A stretch of DNA of 63,437 bases, the filler included, from Folioceros fuciformis (lineage: Eukaryota), in assembly GCA_049999805.1 (NCBI GenBank). It is 7 parts of 7 records of this genome, joined end to end, with 100 filler letters (N's around TTAATTAATTAA, not from the genome) between each part and the next. Parts side by side here need not be neighbours in the genome. Positions count along the whole stretch, not along the records: positions 49,757 to 60,912 come from JBNGIO010005436.1; positions 61,013 to 62,043 come from JBNGIO010005447.1; 5 more parts are not named here. One strand, given 5' to 3'. Positions 49,757 to 61,473 of this stretch are shown one piece after another. The position numbers and the translations under genes were made by a program. Position 1 is the stretch's first letter. Every line of letters begins with the position of its first letter. Below the pieces are notes generated by a model. That model did no database searches. It had not been told where the DNA came from and saw only the letters and a list, made by a program, of their open reading frames with translations.

Positions 49757-52114
49757 GCACATATACCGAGGCCATTACAGGACCTGATAAACATCACTGG
49801 CAGCCGTCCATTCAAGATGAATATTATTCACTCATCAAGAATTCCACTTGGGAGCTCTGTCCTCTTCCCGCAGGCAGAAAAGTTATTAGCTGCAAGTGGG
49901 TATTTAAACACAAACTTAACGCTGAAGGCCAGATTTCCAGACACAAGTCTCGCCTTGTTGCTCGTGGGTTTACTCAAATTCCTGGTGTGGATTTCACTGA
50001 AACCTTTAGTCCGGTTGTGAAAACCCAATCTATACGCATGATCATTGCTCTTGCTGCTGCCTATGAATGGGATCTTCAACAAATGGACGTCTGTACGGCA
50101 TTCCTGTGTGGCGAGTTAGAAGAGGATATTTACATGTAGCAGCCCGAGGGCTTTGCGGATCCTGAACACCCAGATTGGGTCTGTCGACTAAAGAAGACCA
50201 TCTACGGTTTAAAGCAGTTAGCACGGGAGTGGTATAAGGCCATCGACAAATACCTTAAGTCTATCGGCTTTATACAAAATCCTGGTGATGCTAATGTCTA
50301 CTTGTACTCCCAGAATGGTAAACTGGTGATTTTGGCGTTGTACGTCGATGATGCCATTCTGGCTTCAAACAACCCTGAACTTTTAGCTTGGGTAAAGCAG
50401 ATGCTGCACAGCAAATATGACATGAAAGACATCGGTCCACTTACTTTCGTTTTGGGGGTATAGTTGGTTCGTGAGCCAGCCTCTCGTACCATTTTTCTCC
50501 ATCAGGCTAAGTATATTGCAGAGACTCTTCGACGATTTCATCTTGATTCTTCGAAGCCTGTTTCTACTCCTGGCCCAGTTGGTGCTAAGCTCTCTTGCAA
50601 TCAGTGCCCTCAGACTGATGCAGATCGGCAAGCTATGTCTCCAGTGCCCTATCGCCATGCAGTTGGTTGTCTCAATTACATCAGCTGCTTGACTCGCCCG
50701 GACATCCAGTACTCGGTTAGTGTCGTTTCTCAATTTATGGACAATCCTGGAAAGGAGCACTGGGGTGCCGTTAAACGGATTTTGCGTTACCTGAAAGGCA
50801 CTCAACAGTATGGGCTCTGCTTCCGGGGGCNNNNNNNNNNNNNNNNNNNNNNNNNNNNNNNNNNNNNNNNNNNNNNNNNNNNNNNNNNNNNNNNNNNNNN
50901 NNNNNNNNNNNNNNNNNNNNNNNNNNNNNNGACGGAAGCGGAATACAAATCCTTGACCGAAGCAGCCAAGGAGGCCATTTGGGAACACAGTTTCCTCAGT
51001 GGTTTAGGGTTTCTGCCATCTCAGCCCACTGTGATCTCGTGTGACAATATGTCCACGATTGCTATGACTGCCAATCCGCGATTTCACGCGAGAACTAAGC
51101 ACATCGAGGTGCATCACCATTTTATTCGCNNNNNNNNNNNNNNNNNNNNNNNNNNNNNNNNNNNNNNNNNNNNNNNNNNNNNNNNNNNNNNNNNNNNNNN
51201 NNNNNNNNNNNNNNNNNNNNNNNNNNNNNGCCATCTCAACCCACTGTGATCTCGTGTGACAATATGTCCACGATTGCTATGACTACCAATCCGCGATTTC
51301 ATGCGAGAACTAAGCACATCGAGGTGCATCACCATTTTATTCGCCACTCTGTGCAAGAAAAGGAAGTACAAATTGAGTATATCCCTACAGAGGAGAATCC
51401 GGCTGATCTTCTCACAAAATTTCTGCCTTCCTCTCTACATGCATGACATATGGCTACTCTAGGAGTCACAGGTTTCTCTCTCGCGAGCTAAGTGATCCTT
51501 GGACAGCTGTGCGACTGCAGACTTTGGCGGATGAAGCTCTCCTTCAGATTGAATCGCCATCTTCCTGCAGTCCTCGGTGTTCTGCTGCACGTCTTGGAGT
51601 CTTCGGCAGCAGACATCCTGCTGCTTGCTTCAGCTGATGCTTCAGTTGGAGCTCTTCCACCGTTTTCTCAGCCCCTGCAATTCTGGTTTTACACTTCAGT
51701 GACAGCATGCACATCAACTGGATTTTCCATCCCGCTGCTGTCCATCTCTGCTCCATCGTGCACGTCTTCTCCACATTATGCTGTGCTTTGCGTCGCTCGT
51801 GCTGTGGTTATGTCGTGCCAGGCTGCGCATTCTTTCCCTGTTGCTGGTGAAGGATGTATATTGCGATTGCCAGGACGCACAGGTTCAGAATGACGAGGAG
51901 TGTTTCTCCCATTCTGCTCTCGCGTTTCCGTCGCTAACCTGGCCGATTCGCTCACAGGGGCGTGTTGGAAATTAAACCCCGTTAGGGTTAGCATTTCGTT
52001 TATGTCATAATTAAGCGAATAGCCACTTAGCGAATAGTTACGACGTTTCAGGAAAACACCTTAAAAACCCTTGTTGCAATTTCCTGAAAATTAATTAACC
52101 ATGTTCTTCCAAGA
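49757..52114 (+). mobile_element. Ty1/copia element A: RT-RNase H (premature stops), ~500-bp 3' region, PPT, ~152-bp 3' LTR
   Basis: KSRLVARGF, QMDVCTAFL, LYVDD, TEAEY, CDNMSTIA..HARTKHIEV, NPADLLTK; PPT aggggcg then tgttggaa (51963) ...ttccaaga (52114). Confidence 0.9.
51544..51912 (-). pseudogene. Antisense extra ORF of copia A (N-terminal TM helix plus helical region; internal TAA)
   Basis: ATG 51912: MGETLLVILNLCVLAIAIYILHQQQG..* (51808-51810), in frame with the 51544..51774 ORF. Confidence 0.6.
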
Positions 52115-54537
52115 ACTCTGACATAATGGAGGTCAACTTCACTACTGGACTAAAAAGTCTGGTTTCCTCGTAGTCAAAGCCAGGGATCTAAGTGAAGACT
52201 TTTGCAACGAGTCTGGCCCTATGTCTTGCTACTGCTACTGCTCCGTCTGGATTGAGTTTGCGCCTGAATGTCCACTTGCAGGAGATAGGTTTTCTTCCTT
52301 TCGGTAAGTCCACTAACTTCCACGTTTTGTTGCTCATTAAGGAGTCGTACTGTGATTGTACTGCAGCTGTCCATTCTGGTGAAGCAAGTGCCTCGTCTAT
52401 GGATAGGGGTACTCCCTGCATTTCAATGGCTGACAGTGCCTAGTGTGCAGCATCTTCCAAGTGGTCGGCTGTGAGGTTGAGAGATGGAGGATGCCTGGCG
52501 CTCCATGCGACCTGTGAGGGTATCACTAGGAGTGTATGGTGGCTCTTTCCATTCACTTCGTGTAGGTTTGTTTCTAGTGGATCTCCTGATAGCTTCTAGA
52601 GGTGCAGGCAGAGTGGGTTCGGGATGGTACACTTGGGGCATTATCTCCGGGGATGTAAACTCTGGGGTTTGGGAGTATGTAGATGATGTGGAGTGAGAGA
52701 GGTCTGGTTGCTGCTGTACAGGCTGCTAGGCTAGTGGTTGTTGGGTTGGTGGTGTAGGTTGTTGAAGTACTTCTTGCTTAGATCACCTTTTGAGTTTGCA
52801 GTGAGGTGATGTTGTCATCATAGTCTGTGGCCCCTTCAAACTCAAGGGGGGATTCAGTGGTAGGATGGCCAAAAATGCTAGGTGTAGGCAAGGGAGTGGA
52901 AGTGAGGGAAGACTGGAGGAGTGTGTTGAGAAAATGGGTTTCGTGGAAATGAACACTGCGGGAATGAATTACCTCTCGGGAGTGGGGATCAAAGAGCTGG
53001 TAGGCTTCGACTTGGTTGGAGTATCCTATGAACAACATCTTTTGACCTGTATCATCCCACTTCCTTAAGGTTTCTGCAGCAATATGGGCAAAGGCAGGAC
53101 TACCAAAAATACGGAGGTGGGATACCCTAGGTTTGTGGCCGCTCCACCTCTCGAATGGAGTAGTGCTGGGGAGTTCCTTAGTTGGAAGCCTGTTTTTCAG
53201 GTACGTGGAAGTGCACACAGCTTCTGTCCAGTATGCTTTTGTTAAGCCTGCGAGTTTGAGGAGAGACCTCGAGATTTCCAACAAGGAACGATTCAGTCGT
53301 TCAGCAAAAGGGTTTTGTGAGGGAGTATAAGGTACCATGTATTGTCATTGAATGCCCTTAGAGCGGCAAAATCTTTGGAAGGCATGGCTGATGTACTCAC
53401 CCCCGTTGTCTGTTCGCAGGGTGGTTACTTGAAAACCTGTTTGCCGCTCAGCAGTGAGAAGAAAGTCTTGGAAACATGAAAGGGCCTAGTCCTTTCGCTT
53501 CAAGAAGTAGACATGGCAATATCTGCTCCATTCGTCCAGGAAGGTAATGAAATAGCTGTGGCCTCCAAAGGAGTCGGTGCTCATGGGTCCACATATATTG
53601 GAGTGGATTGTCTCAAGCAGTCGTCTGGCACGGATAGGAGAAGGGTCTTTGAAAGGTGATTGGTTTAACTTGGTATACGGACATATCTCGCAGAAGAAGT
53701 CCTTGTGAACTTTGAGCTTGATAGGATCCTTATACATGGTGGGGTCTGCAAGCATGTTGAGGTATCTGGAGTTCATATGGCCTACACGGCAGTGCCATAA
53801 CAAGGACTTGTTTGAGGATGTTGGTGGACTACTATCTACCAGGAGTGATGTAGATTGGATGTTCAGGAGGTAAAGATCATTGAAGGGAAGTCCGTGAGCC
53901 AGGGCTATTTTGTCAAAGTCTTTGCTGTGACAGATGGTGCAGTGGTTTCCTTGGAACGTGATGGTGAGGTCATGTTCTGTGGCTAAGTTACGGATTGACA
54001 GCAAGTTCTTGGTCATTGCAGGTACGTGGAGGACTCCGTTGATGGTGAGGAGCTCTCCAGTAGAAAGACGCAATTGGACTTTTCATGAACCCTGAATGGG
54101 TAGTGCGCTATCGTCTCCTAAGAGGACGTGTTGGTAGGAGAGGATCGGGTGGTAGGAGGTAGACATGTCTTGACAGCTACATATGTGTGTGGTGGCTCCG
54201 GAGTCTAAGAACCAACGACATGTGTCTGTTCTGGTAAGGGTGAGGCAGACTGCTAAGATGGAATTGGCTTATAACGACTTTGGTAGTTGTGGTAAGGTGA
54301 GACTCGTTTCTGGGAGCTTCTCTGCGTGGCTTGCCTGCCTGCTTCTTTTGGCATTCACTTTTGTAGTGACCAAGATTTTTGCACTAGTTACATGCTCCTT
54401 TGGCTGATTTTTTGTCAAATGATCTGTTTTGTCAAATGATCGATTTGGGAAGCCCGAGAAGCTTGGAGAAGGTGGGCCTCTTCGGTTGGGGAAACCTCCT
54501 CGTCCTCCACCATGCCTATTTCCTCAACCTCTGGAAG
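52115..54537 (-). mobile_element. Ty1/copia element B fragment (gag C-terminus, protease, integrase, RT start), truncated by elements A and C
   Basis: WFLDSGATTH protease, LWHCRVGH GAG-pre-integrase, IHSNICGP, RTDNGGEY, YTPSQN..AERLNR, TWKLVDLPKGRKPISCKW. Confidence 0.9.
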
Positions 54538-57500
54538 TGAAGAGTGATGATACTTTCTATAAGTCCGAAGACACTCAAAAACAACATCTAAGGACTAGAT
54601 GCAAGAAAGCATATATAGAATAAAAGTATATATCAATAGTAACATGGTGTTGTTTTTATAGTCAAAGTATTGCTAACCCTATCAGTTCAATAACCGAGTT
54701 ATGTTAACCATACGTTACTTATGTAACCTCTAACACCCCCTCTTAACTTGACGAGGTTAAAGGAGAGTTTCTTAAACCCTAGTCCATCATAAACCCTCGC
54801 CCTTCCTCATGATGAGACGAGATGCAAGTATTAATGCAGCGTAAGCGGGAAAGCACGCAGGCGGCCTGTCTGTCGATCCAACTCAACCAAGAACCACATT
54901 AAGTCTCGGAGCTGATCAAGGATGGAGTTGTTTGCCTTTCCCTTTTGCCACACCAACGTTGTACACAGTTGCTACAGAAGTTGTCCTGAAACAAGCAACA
55001 ATGGCGCGTAGGAGGAACAGGGGCATAGGCTGTCAGAAGCATCCACGGGAGGAGTCATCACAACAGTAGAGTAACTCCTTTGAGCCTGGCGAGACACAAG
55101 CAGCAAAAGGGCCTACAAAGTGGCCAACGCAATCAAACAGGAACTTGGTGTGTTATCTCCTCCAGACAGTGAAGAAGTGTGAAGAAGCCGAGGAAGCGGT
55201 CAAGGCCGCAAAGTGTCAAGTCATGGATCCTCAGGATTGGATAGCCAAGTTTCCATCAAGAGATCCGACCATGTTTCCACTATTAGAATCTGAGATAAGG
55301 CACCTTCTGTAGGAACTGTCCATGCTTGGGTATACTGGTAAAGTCGGCGGCGGCTCTGAAGCTGACAACACCTAAAATACATATCCTCTTGAAAGAGGTA
55401 AGTCTTCTGGATCATTGTGTTGGTACAGAGGGCAACTCACGATTGTTTGTACATAGGTTGCTTCATCCACTGAGAACCCTCGTTTGTGCTCCTGGTAGGA
55501 AAATCTAGATGATGACCTATCACATGAAGCCTCCTACCAGACTAGCACAGCGTCTACTGAGAGTTGTTCTGAGTAGGCATAGTAAAAGCTTGCAGACCAA
55601 TAGAAGTTAGATGCTTGTAGTGCTTGATTTCGCAAGCCCTTTTGTTAAGAGGTCTGCAGTATTGTCATGTGTGTTTACATAATCCACTTTAGCAACTCCT
55701 CTCTTGGCCACATCCCTGATATAGTGATGGTAGAGCTCGGTGTGCTTAGTTCAAGCATGAAACCTCGGATTGGCCACAAGGGCGATAGCTGACTTGTTGT
55801 CACATAGTAGTGGAGTGGCTGTTGTTTGAGTCATGAAAATAGATTCTAGGAACTGTCTTTCCCACTCAATCTCCTTACATGCGTCTGTCAAAGCCTTGAA
55901 CTCAGCTTAAGTAGATGAAAGGGCAAGGGAGGATTGCTTTTTGCAGGACCGGTTGACAGTGCTAGAGGATATGAAGTAGACATAAGCAGAGAGACTTTTC
56001 CTGGAGTCTGAATCCGAAGCCCAATCGGCGTCCGCCAAAACTGTAAGAACACACTCCTTTTTACCACTAGCTGTATAATGCAAGCCAAGGTTGATGGTGC
56101 CTTTAAGGTAGCGATAGATCCGCTTTACTGTAGACCAGTGAGCTCTACCAAGAGTCTTCAAGAACTGGGCTACTACACTAACTGAGAAGCTAATGTTAGG
56201 CCTAGTCCAGTTAGCCAAGAAGATCAGGCACCCAACTACCTCTGCATAAGGGACAGAGACCATGTCCATTTCCTCCTCTGCAGACTTTGGGGATTGATCT
56301 GCAGTGAGTTTTTCACCAACAACAAAGGGAGTAGACATTGGCCGAGATTCATCAAGGTAAAAATGCTTTAAGATCTCCTTTAGGTATTTAGTTTGATGAA
56401 GAACTATGGTACCATTCTGTCTGTTTCTTAGAATCTGTATGCCCAAGCAGAACTGTAGAGGGCCTTGATTCGTCTTCTCAAATTCACTGCCCTGAAGAGC
56501 CTTAATAGTATTGAGCTGAGACACACTATTACTGAGGAGAATGGCATCATCAACGTACAAAGCCGGAATCACCAACGAGCCTGAGCCAGCTAAGTAAAAA
56601 ACATTTGTGTCTGCTGAGGATTGTAGGAAATGAGACTGAATCAGGAACTTTCTGATACGTTTGTACCATGCTCTCGGACTCTGTTTTAGGCCATAAATTG
56701 TCTTCAACAGTTTACAAACTTTATGAGGCCACTTCTGATTAACAAACCCTTCAGGTTGAACCATATACAGGGCCTTCTCAAGCTCTCCATGTAGAAAGGC
56801 TGTACAAACATCCATTTGGTGAAGCTCAAGATCGAACTCAACAGCAAGGGCAAGCAAGATTCGAACAGATGGTGGCTTGACCACAAGTGAGAATGTATCT
56901 CCAAAATCGACACCTGGAATCTGTGAGAATCCCCTAGCTACAAGTCTGCTCTTGTATCTAGATATAGTTCCATCAGCTTTAAGTTTGGTTTTAAAAACCC
57001 ATTTGCAAGTGATTGGCTTACGTCTAGGGGGAAGATATGCAAGTTCCCATGTGCCATTCTTCATCAACAAGTTGTACTCATCATCAATGGAGACTCTCCA
57101 GTGTTCAGCATCAGGTCCTAACAAAGCCTCTGAATAACTTTGTGGGTTTGGTCGAACATCAGGTACATGAAGATCTATTACATGCGCTCCATGTCTAAGA
57201 AAATCATGGGCCTAATATGGAGGTTCAAGCCAGTTGTCACAAGACCTACGCTCTTGCACTGGGTAGTGGAAAGGTTCAACTTCAGGGACTTCCACAAGAG
57301 CTACTTCATCAGGGTCAGTTAAGTGCTCCTCATTCACAACTTCCTGTAGAACCTCCTCTGCGGCCAAATCATCTGATCTGATTGAGTCTTTAGACTGAAC
57401 TAATCGAATGTCTTTGTCTTGGTTGGCAGGATCTATAACTGGTTGGGCATCCTGTGCATACAAATCATCAACTCCACATCGTCCAGCACCAAGTTCAGCC

Positions 57501-57759
57501 GGAATCAATACTTCACCATCAGAATCTGGATAAGTATAAGGAACTTGAGTCTGTTCTACATCTAGACCAGCAAACAAGTCTTGTGTTGTGGAGAAAAGTT
57601 CTAACTCATATAGTCATGTTACTTCTAGGTCAGAACGACGAGAAGTGAGCTATGCATGACAAGGTAATTTTAGAATTTGAAGGGTCAAACAGTCTATAGG
57701 CTTTAGACTCTTCGGAATATCCGAGAAAAATAAGAGGTTTAGCTCGATTATCTAACTTC
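54538..57759 (-). mobile_element. Ty1/copia element C (integrase end, 405-aa RT ORF 55907-57124, RNase H, ~850-bp 3' region, PPT, ~198-bp 3' LTR)
   Basis: RT motifs QMDVCTAFLHG, LYVDD, ADADWA; PPT agaggggg then tgttagag at 54735; LTR contains ctataaaa; LTR 3' end at ~54538 is approximate. Confidence 0.92.
54812..55375 (+). pseudogene. Antisense extra ORF of copia C (~187 codons, three in-frame stops)
   Basis: Manual translation: MRRDASIN...FATPTL...KWPTQSNRNLVCYLLQTVKKCEEAEEAV...LLESEIRHLL*ELSMLGYTGKVGGG; homologous to 58035-58508. Confidence 0.72.
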
Positions 57760-60700
57760 TGATCCAATCGATAGAGCATTGGTAGCTTGATAGCAGCGTA
57801 TGCCTGTGAATAGGAGGAATATGAAAAACATGAGCAATTAATTGAAACATGAAGTACCAAGAGTATTTATAGTATAATGTATTTAACCTAATTAACTAAG
57901 TATATTTAACCCGAGATGGTTATCTATTCAACACTCCCACTTAACCTCGACGGGTTAAAGTGAAAAGCTATTTATCCAGATCTTCTTCAGCAAACCCTAG
58001 GCTGTCACGGCGCTTCAAATTCCCTTTCCTTGCAATGAGTAGAGACATCAGTGAAAATCCTGTTGCATGGGTCGCCCTATCTCTCTTGTTGCTGGAAATT
58101 GCAGCCATTACCTTCCTTGCAACGCCATCAATCGTAAGGCTCATCATCAGCATGATCAAGTATGTGAGCGATAGGCTATCAAGCCAAAAGCAATTGGAGA
58201 GCAAAAGCCAAAGCCAGGAAGAAGAATTCTAGGGTTCAAGCAGTCCCAAGGCTTCACTGAAGATGTGGCCAACCACGGCGCACAAGCGCACGTTGTTGAA
58301 TCTGGCTAGGGCAGATGCTGAGTGCAGTAGATTGGAGAGGCTAATGGAGGAAGCCCAGGCTCGCACATCCCAACTCAAGGAACAGGCCGGGGCAGGAGTA
58401 GAGATGAGGGAGGACGACAGGCAGTTGACAGTGGACGAATACAAGGATCTGCTAAGGGAACTGTCTGCTCAAGGACTGTACACGCCAAGGGAAGAAGGAG
58501 GCGCGTGACTCTAGAGGTAACAATGTCCGTGATTCAAGTGATTCCATGTTCCAGGGTTAGATCAGTGTTTGGCTTCATCCTCTGAATGCATGGAAATTAA
58601 TTGCTTGTCTGGCCTATGTTGACTCCCACTGAAAGGGGAGAGTGTGCATGGGGAAAGCAGACAAAGCTGGATAGGTGATTGAAACAAACATGTGCCTGAA
58701 TGTATTGTATATGCAGGCAGGAGGAGACATGAAGGAGAAAACCACATAGTAGAAGCTAGAATTGTTTGGGATACTCTAGGTCTGCTTATCATGTAAGCTT
58801 TAGTGTTGTAGTAAAGTGTGATGAGAAATCTACAAGACCCAAGCCATCTACATGTGTCTGATGCTTGTGCTTGGGCAAGGACTTTGTGAGAATGTCAGCA
58901 ACATTAGAATCTATATGTATGTAAGTGGGCAGAACAATACCTCTGGATTTTACATCTCTAACGTAATGGTGCTAGATCTCAATGTGTTTGGTATGGGCGT
59001 GGAAGCGGGGACGCTCAACAAGGGCAAGAGCAGACTGATTGTCGCAAAAGAGGATGGTAGGTTCTGGCTGCACTGCATGGGCTAAAGCCAGAAAGGCCCT
59101 CTCCCACTCCACCTCTTTGGCAGCATCAGTTAAGCGTTTGTATTCTGCCTTTGTGCTTGACAGAGCTATACTTGTTTGTTTTTTATAGCTCCAACCAACA
59201 GCCGCGAAGGACAGAAGGAATGCTTAGGTCGAGAGGCTCTGACGTGAATTGCCATCAAATGCCCAGTCAGCATGAACGAAACCATGTAAGGTAGGGTGTG
59301 AACCTCCTCGCTTGTAACATAGGCCCAAATAATGTGTACCCTTGAGGTAACAGAATACCCATTTAACTGCTGTCCAATGATTTCTCCCAGGACATTCCAA
59401 GAAATGAGAAGCAGCGTTAACTGCAAACGTGATATCAGGACGTGTCCAATTGCTCACAAACAAGAGGCTTCCCACAGCATGTCTGTACGGGACATCCTTC
59501 ACATCTTCGATATTCATAGCTGAGGTGGGACTATCCAGTTTTGTGAGTCGCACACCAGTTGCTCCAGGTGTGGCAACAGGGTGAGCTGCGTCCATGTTGA
59601 ATTGTTGCAGAATTTCAGCAATGTATTTGTGTTGATGAATAATAATCATTCCTTGCTCTCTCACTCGCAGCACTTGAATGCCCAGGCAGAACTTCAACTC
59701 ACCAACATCAATCATTTCGAATTCATTACGTAACAAAGCTTGAACTTTTGCTACTAGCAGCTTGTCGTCGGCTACAAATATAGCATTGTCTACATATACT
59801 GCCAACAGCACATAGGAGGAGCCTTCATCATATATATAAACTGATGGAGCAGCGGGACTCTGTCGAAAACCAAGTGCACGCAGGCAAGTGTCTAGTCTAG
59901 CATTCCATCGTTCTGCAAATTGTCTCAAGCCATAAATACACTTGATTAACAGACAAACCCAATCTGGATGTGTAGGGTCCTCATAGCCCTCGGGCTGCTC
60001 CACGTACAACTCTTCCTCTAAGACACCATGTAAGAAAGCAGTCTTGACGTCCATTTGCTCAAGCTCCAAGTCATGTTCAGCTACTAGAGCAAGAATGAGG
60101 CGGATAGATTGGGATTTGACTACAGGGGAGAATGTCTCCTGAAAGTCTAGGCCTGGAATTTAGGTAAACCCCCGGGCACACAAACGAGCCTTATACCTAG
60201 CAATCTCCCCCTTAGAGTTAAGTTTGTGTTTGAAAACCCATTTCCAGGTAATGGGTCTGTGGCCTTCAGGACGGGGAACAAACTTCCAGGTACCATTTTG
60301 AATTAAGCTATTGTACTCATCTTCCACATTATATTTCCACTTATCCCTATCTGGGCTTGAGAAGGCTTCCTTGAGTGTGACAGGCTTAGGAGGAATAATT
60401 GGTGGGAAAACATGGGGGATAGTGGGAGTGCAGACTCCCACTGACTTGAGAAAATCAATGGATGTGTAACGAGGTTCTGTCCACTCAGAGGGAGGGCGAT
60501 ACACACGTGCAGACCGACAAGTAGGCTCAGGTGCATCCGCTGGTGGAACAGGTAATGGCTCATTGTCACCTGCAAAATCAGAGTCTTGGGAAGAATTGTC
60601 AGGTTCAGATGCTGAATCTAAGTGATTATCTAGAGTTGGGGCAGGATCTGCAACGGATTCATCATCTTGTGACTGGACAACTAGGTCAGCACCTCCATCA

Positions 60701-60912
60701 ATGTCATCAGGGTAATCATCATGTTCATCTGTAAACGCCAAGTGACCATCATGTTGTTCGAATAATATGCCACCACCTGTGACTGGTGGCTCAAGTGTCT
60801 CCAGGAAAGTCACACTCCTCGCTATAGTAGGCTGTAGAGTGTCTGCATCAATAAGTTTGTAAGCTTTAGCAATCTCGCTGTAACCAACAAATATTAACCC
60901 CTTTGAACGGTT
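57760..60912 (-). mobile_element. Ty1/copia element D (integrase end, RT, RNase H, ~850-bp 3' region, PPT, ~174-bp 3' LTR) inserted in the integrase of C
   Basis: QMDVKTAFLHG, VYVDN, HADWA, STKAEY; PPT gtgggag then tgttgaatag at 57933; LTR with ctataaata ends ..ggatca at 57760, directly before the KLDNRAK of C. Confidence 0.9.
58035..58508 (+). pseudogene. Antisense extra ORF of copia D (157 codons, one in-frame TAG): N-terminal TM helix plus helical/coiled-coil domain
   Basis: Track ORFs 57960..58232 and 58263..58508 share a frame and are separated only by TAG 58230-58232; hydrophobic VAWVALSLLLLEIAAITFLATPSIVRLII. Confidence 0.75.
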
Positions 60913-61312
60913 NNNNNNNNNNNNNNNNNNNNNNNNNNNNNNNNNNNNNNNNNNNNTTAATTAATTAANNNNNNNNNNNNNNNNNNNNNNNNNNNNNNNN
61001 NNNNNNNNNNNNTCTGTGGATAGTCTAAGAGGTGGTAGATCCTTGTGGTGGTAGGGCCAGAAGCTCATTGGTGGCAGGTTGTGCTAGAAGTCTAAATAAG
61101 TGGCTGGTGACAGCCGGCTGGCCTATTAAAATAATATTTCTCAAGTTAGAGAGAGGTGAAGTCAGAGAGAGAGAGAGGCTCCTATAAGATCAGGTGAGCC
61201 TGAAGGAAGAAGGAGTCATTCACTTTGGGAGTCAGTCTATCTCTTTGTGAGCTCTTGGAGGTCCTCTCTTCATGAGCTCTTGTGGTCTGTCCCTGCTTGG
61301 TTTAGGACCTGT

Positions 61313-61473
61313 AGTGTGTTGCCGGCTGTGCAACGTCTGGTAGGATCGCAAGCCGTGTGTTGCCGGCTGTACAGTGTCTGGTAGGATCGCAGGCAGCGTG
61401 TTGCCGGCTGTACAGTGTCTGGTAGGATCGCGGGCAGCGTGTTGCCGGTTGTATAGTGTCTGGTAGGATCACA
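61313..61473 (+). repeat. 4 x ~41-bp tandem repeat in an LTR/UTR-like repeat scaffold
   Basis: gtgttgccggctgtacagtgtctggtaggatcgc.ggcagc units; one inverted unit also at ~62599-62641. Confidence 0.88.

Noticed and set aside
51015-51344. Duplicated RNase H segment in copia A
   Set aside because: Near-identical sequence on both sides of a 100-N gap; most likely a contig-overlap or paralog artefact
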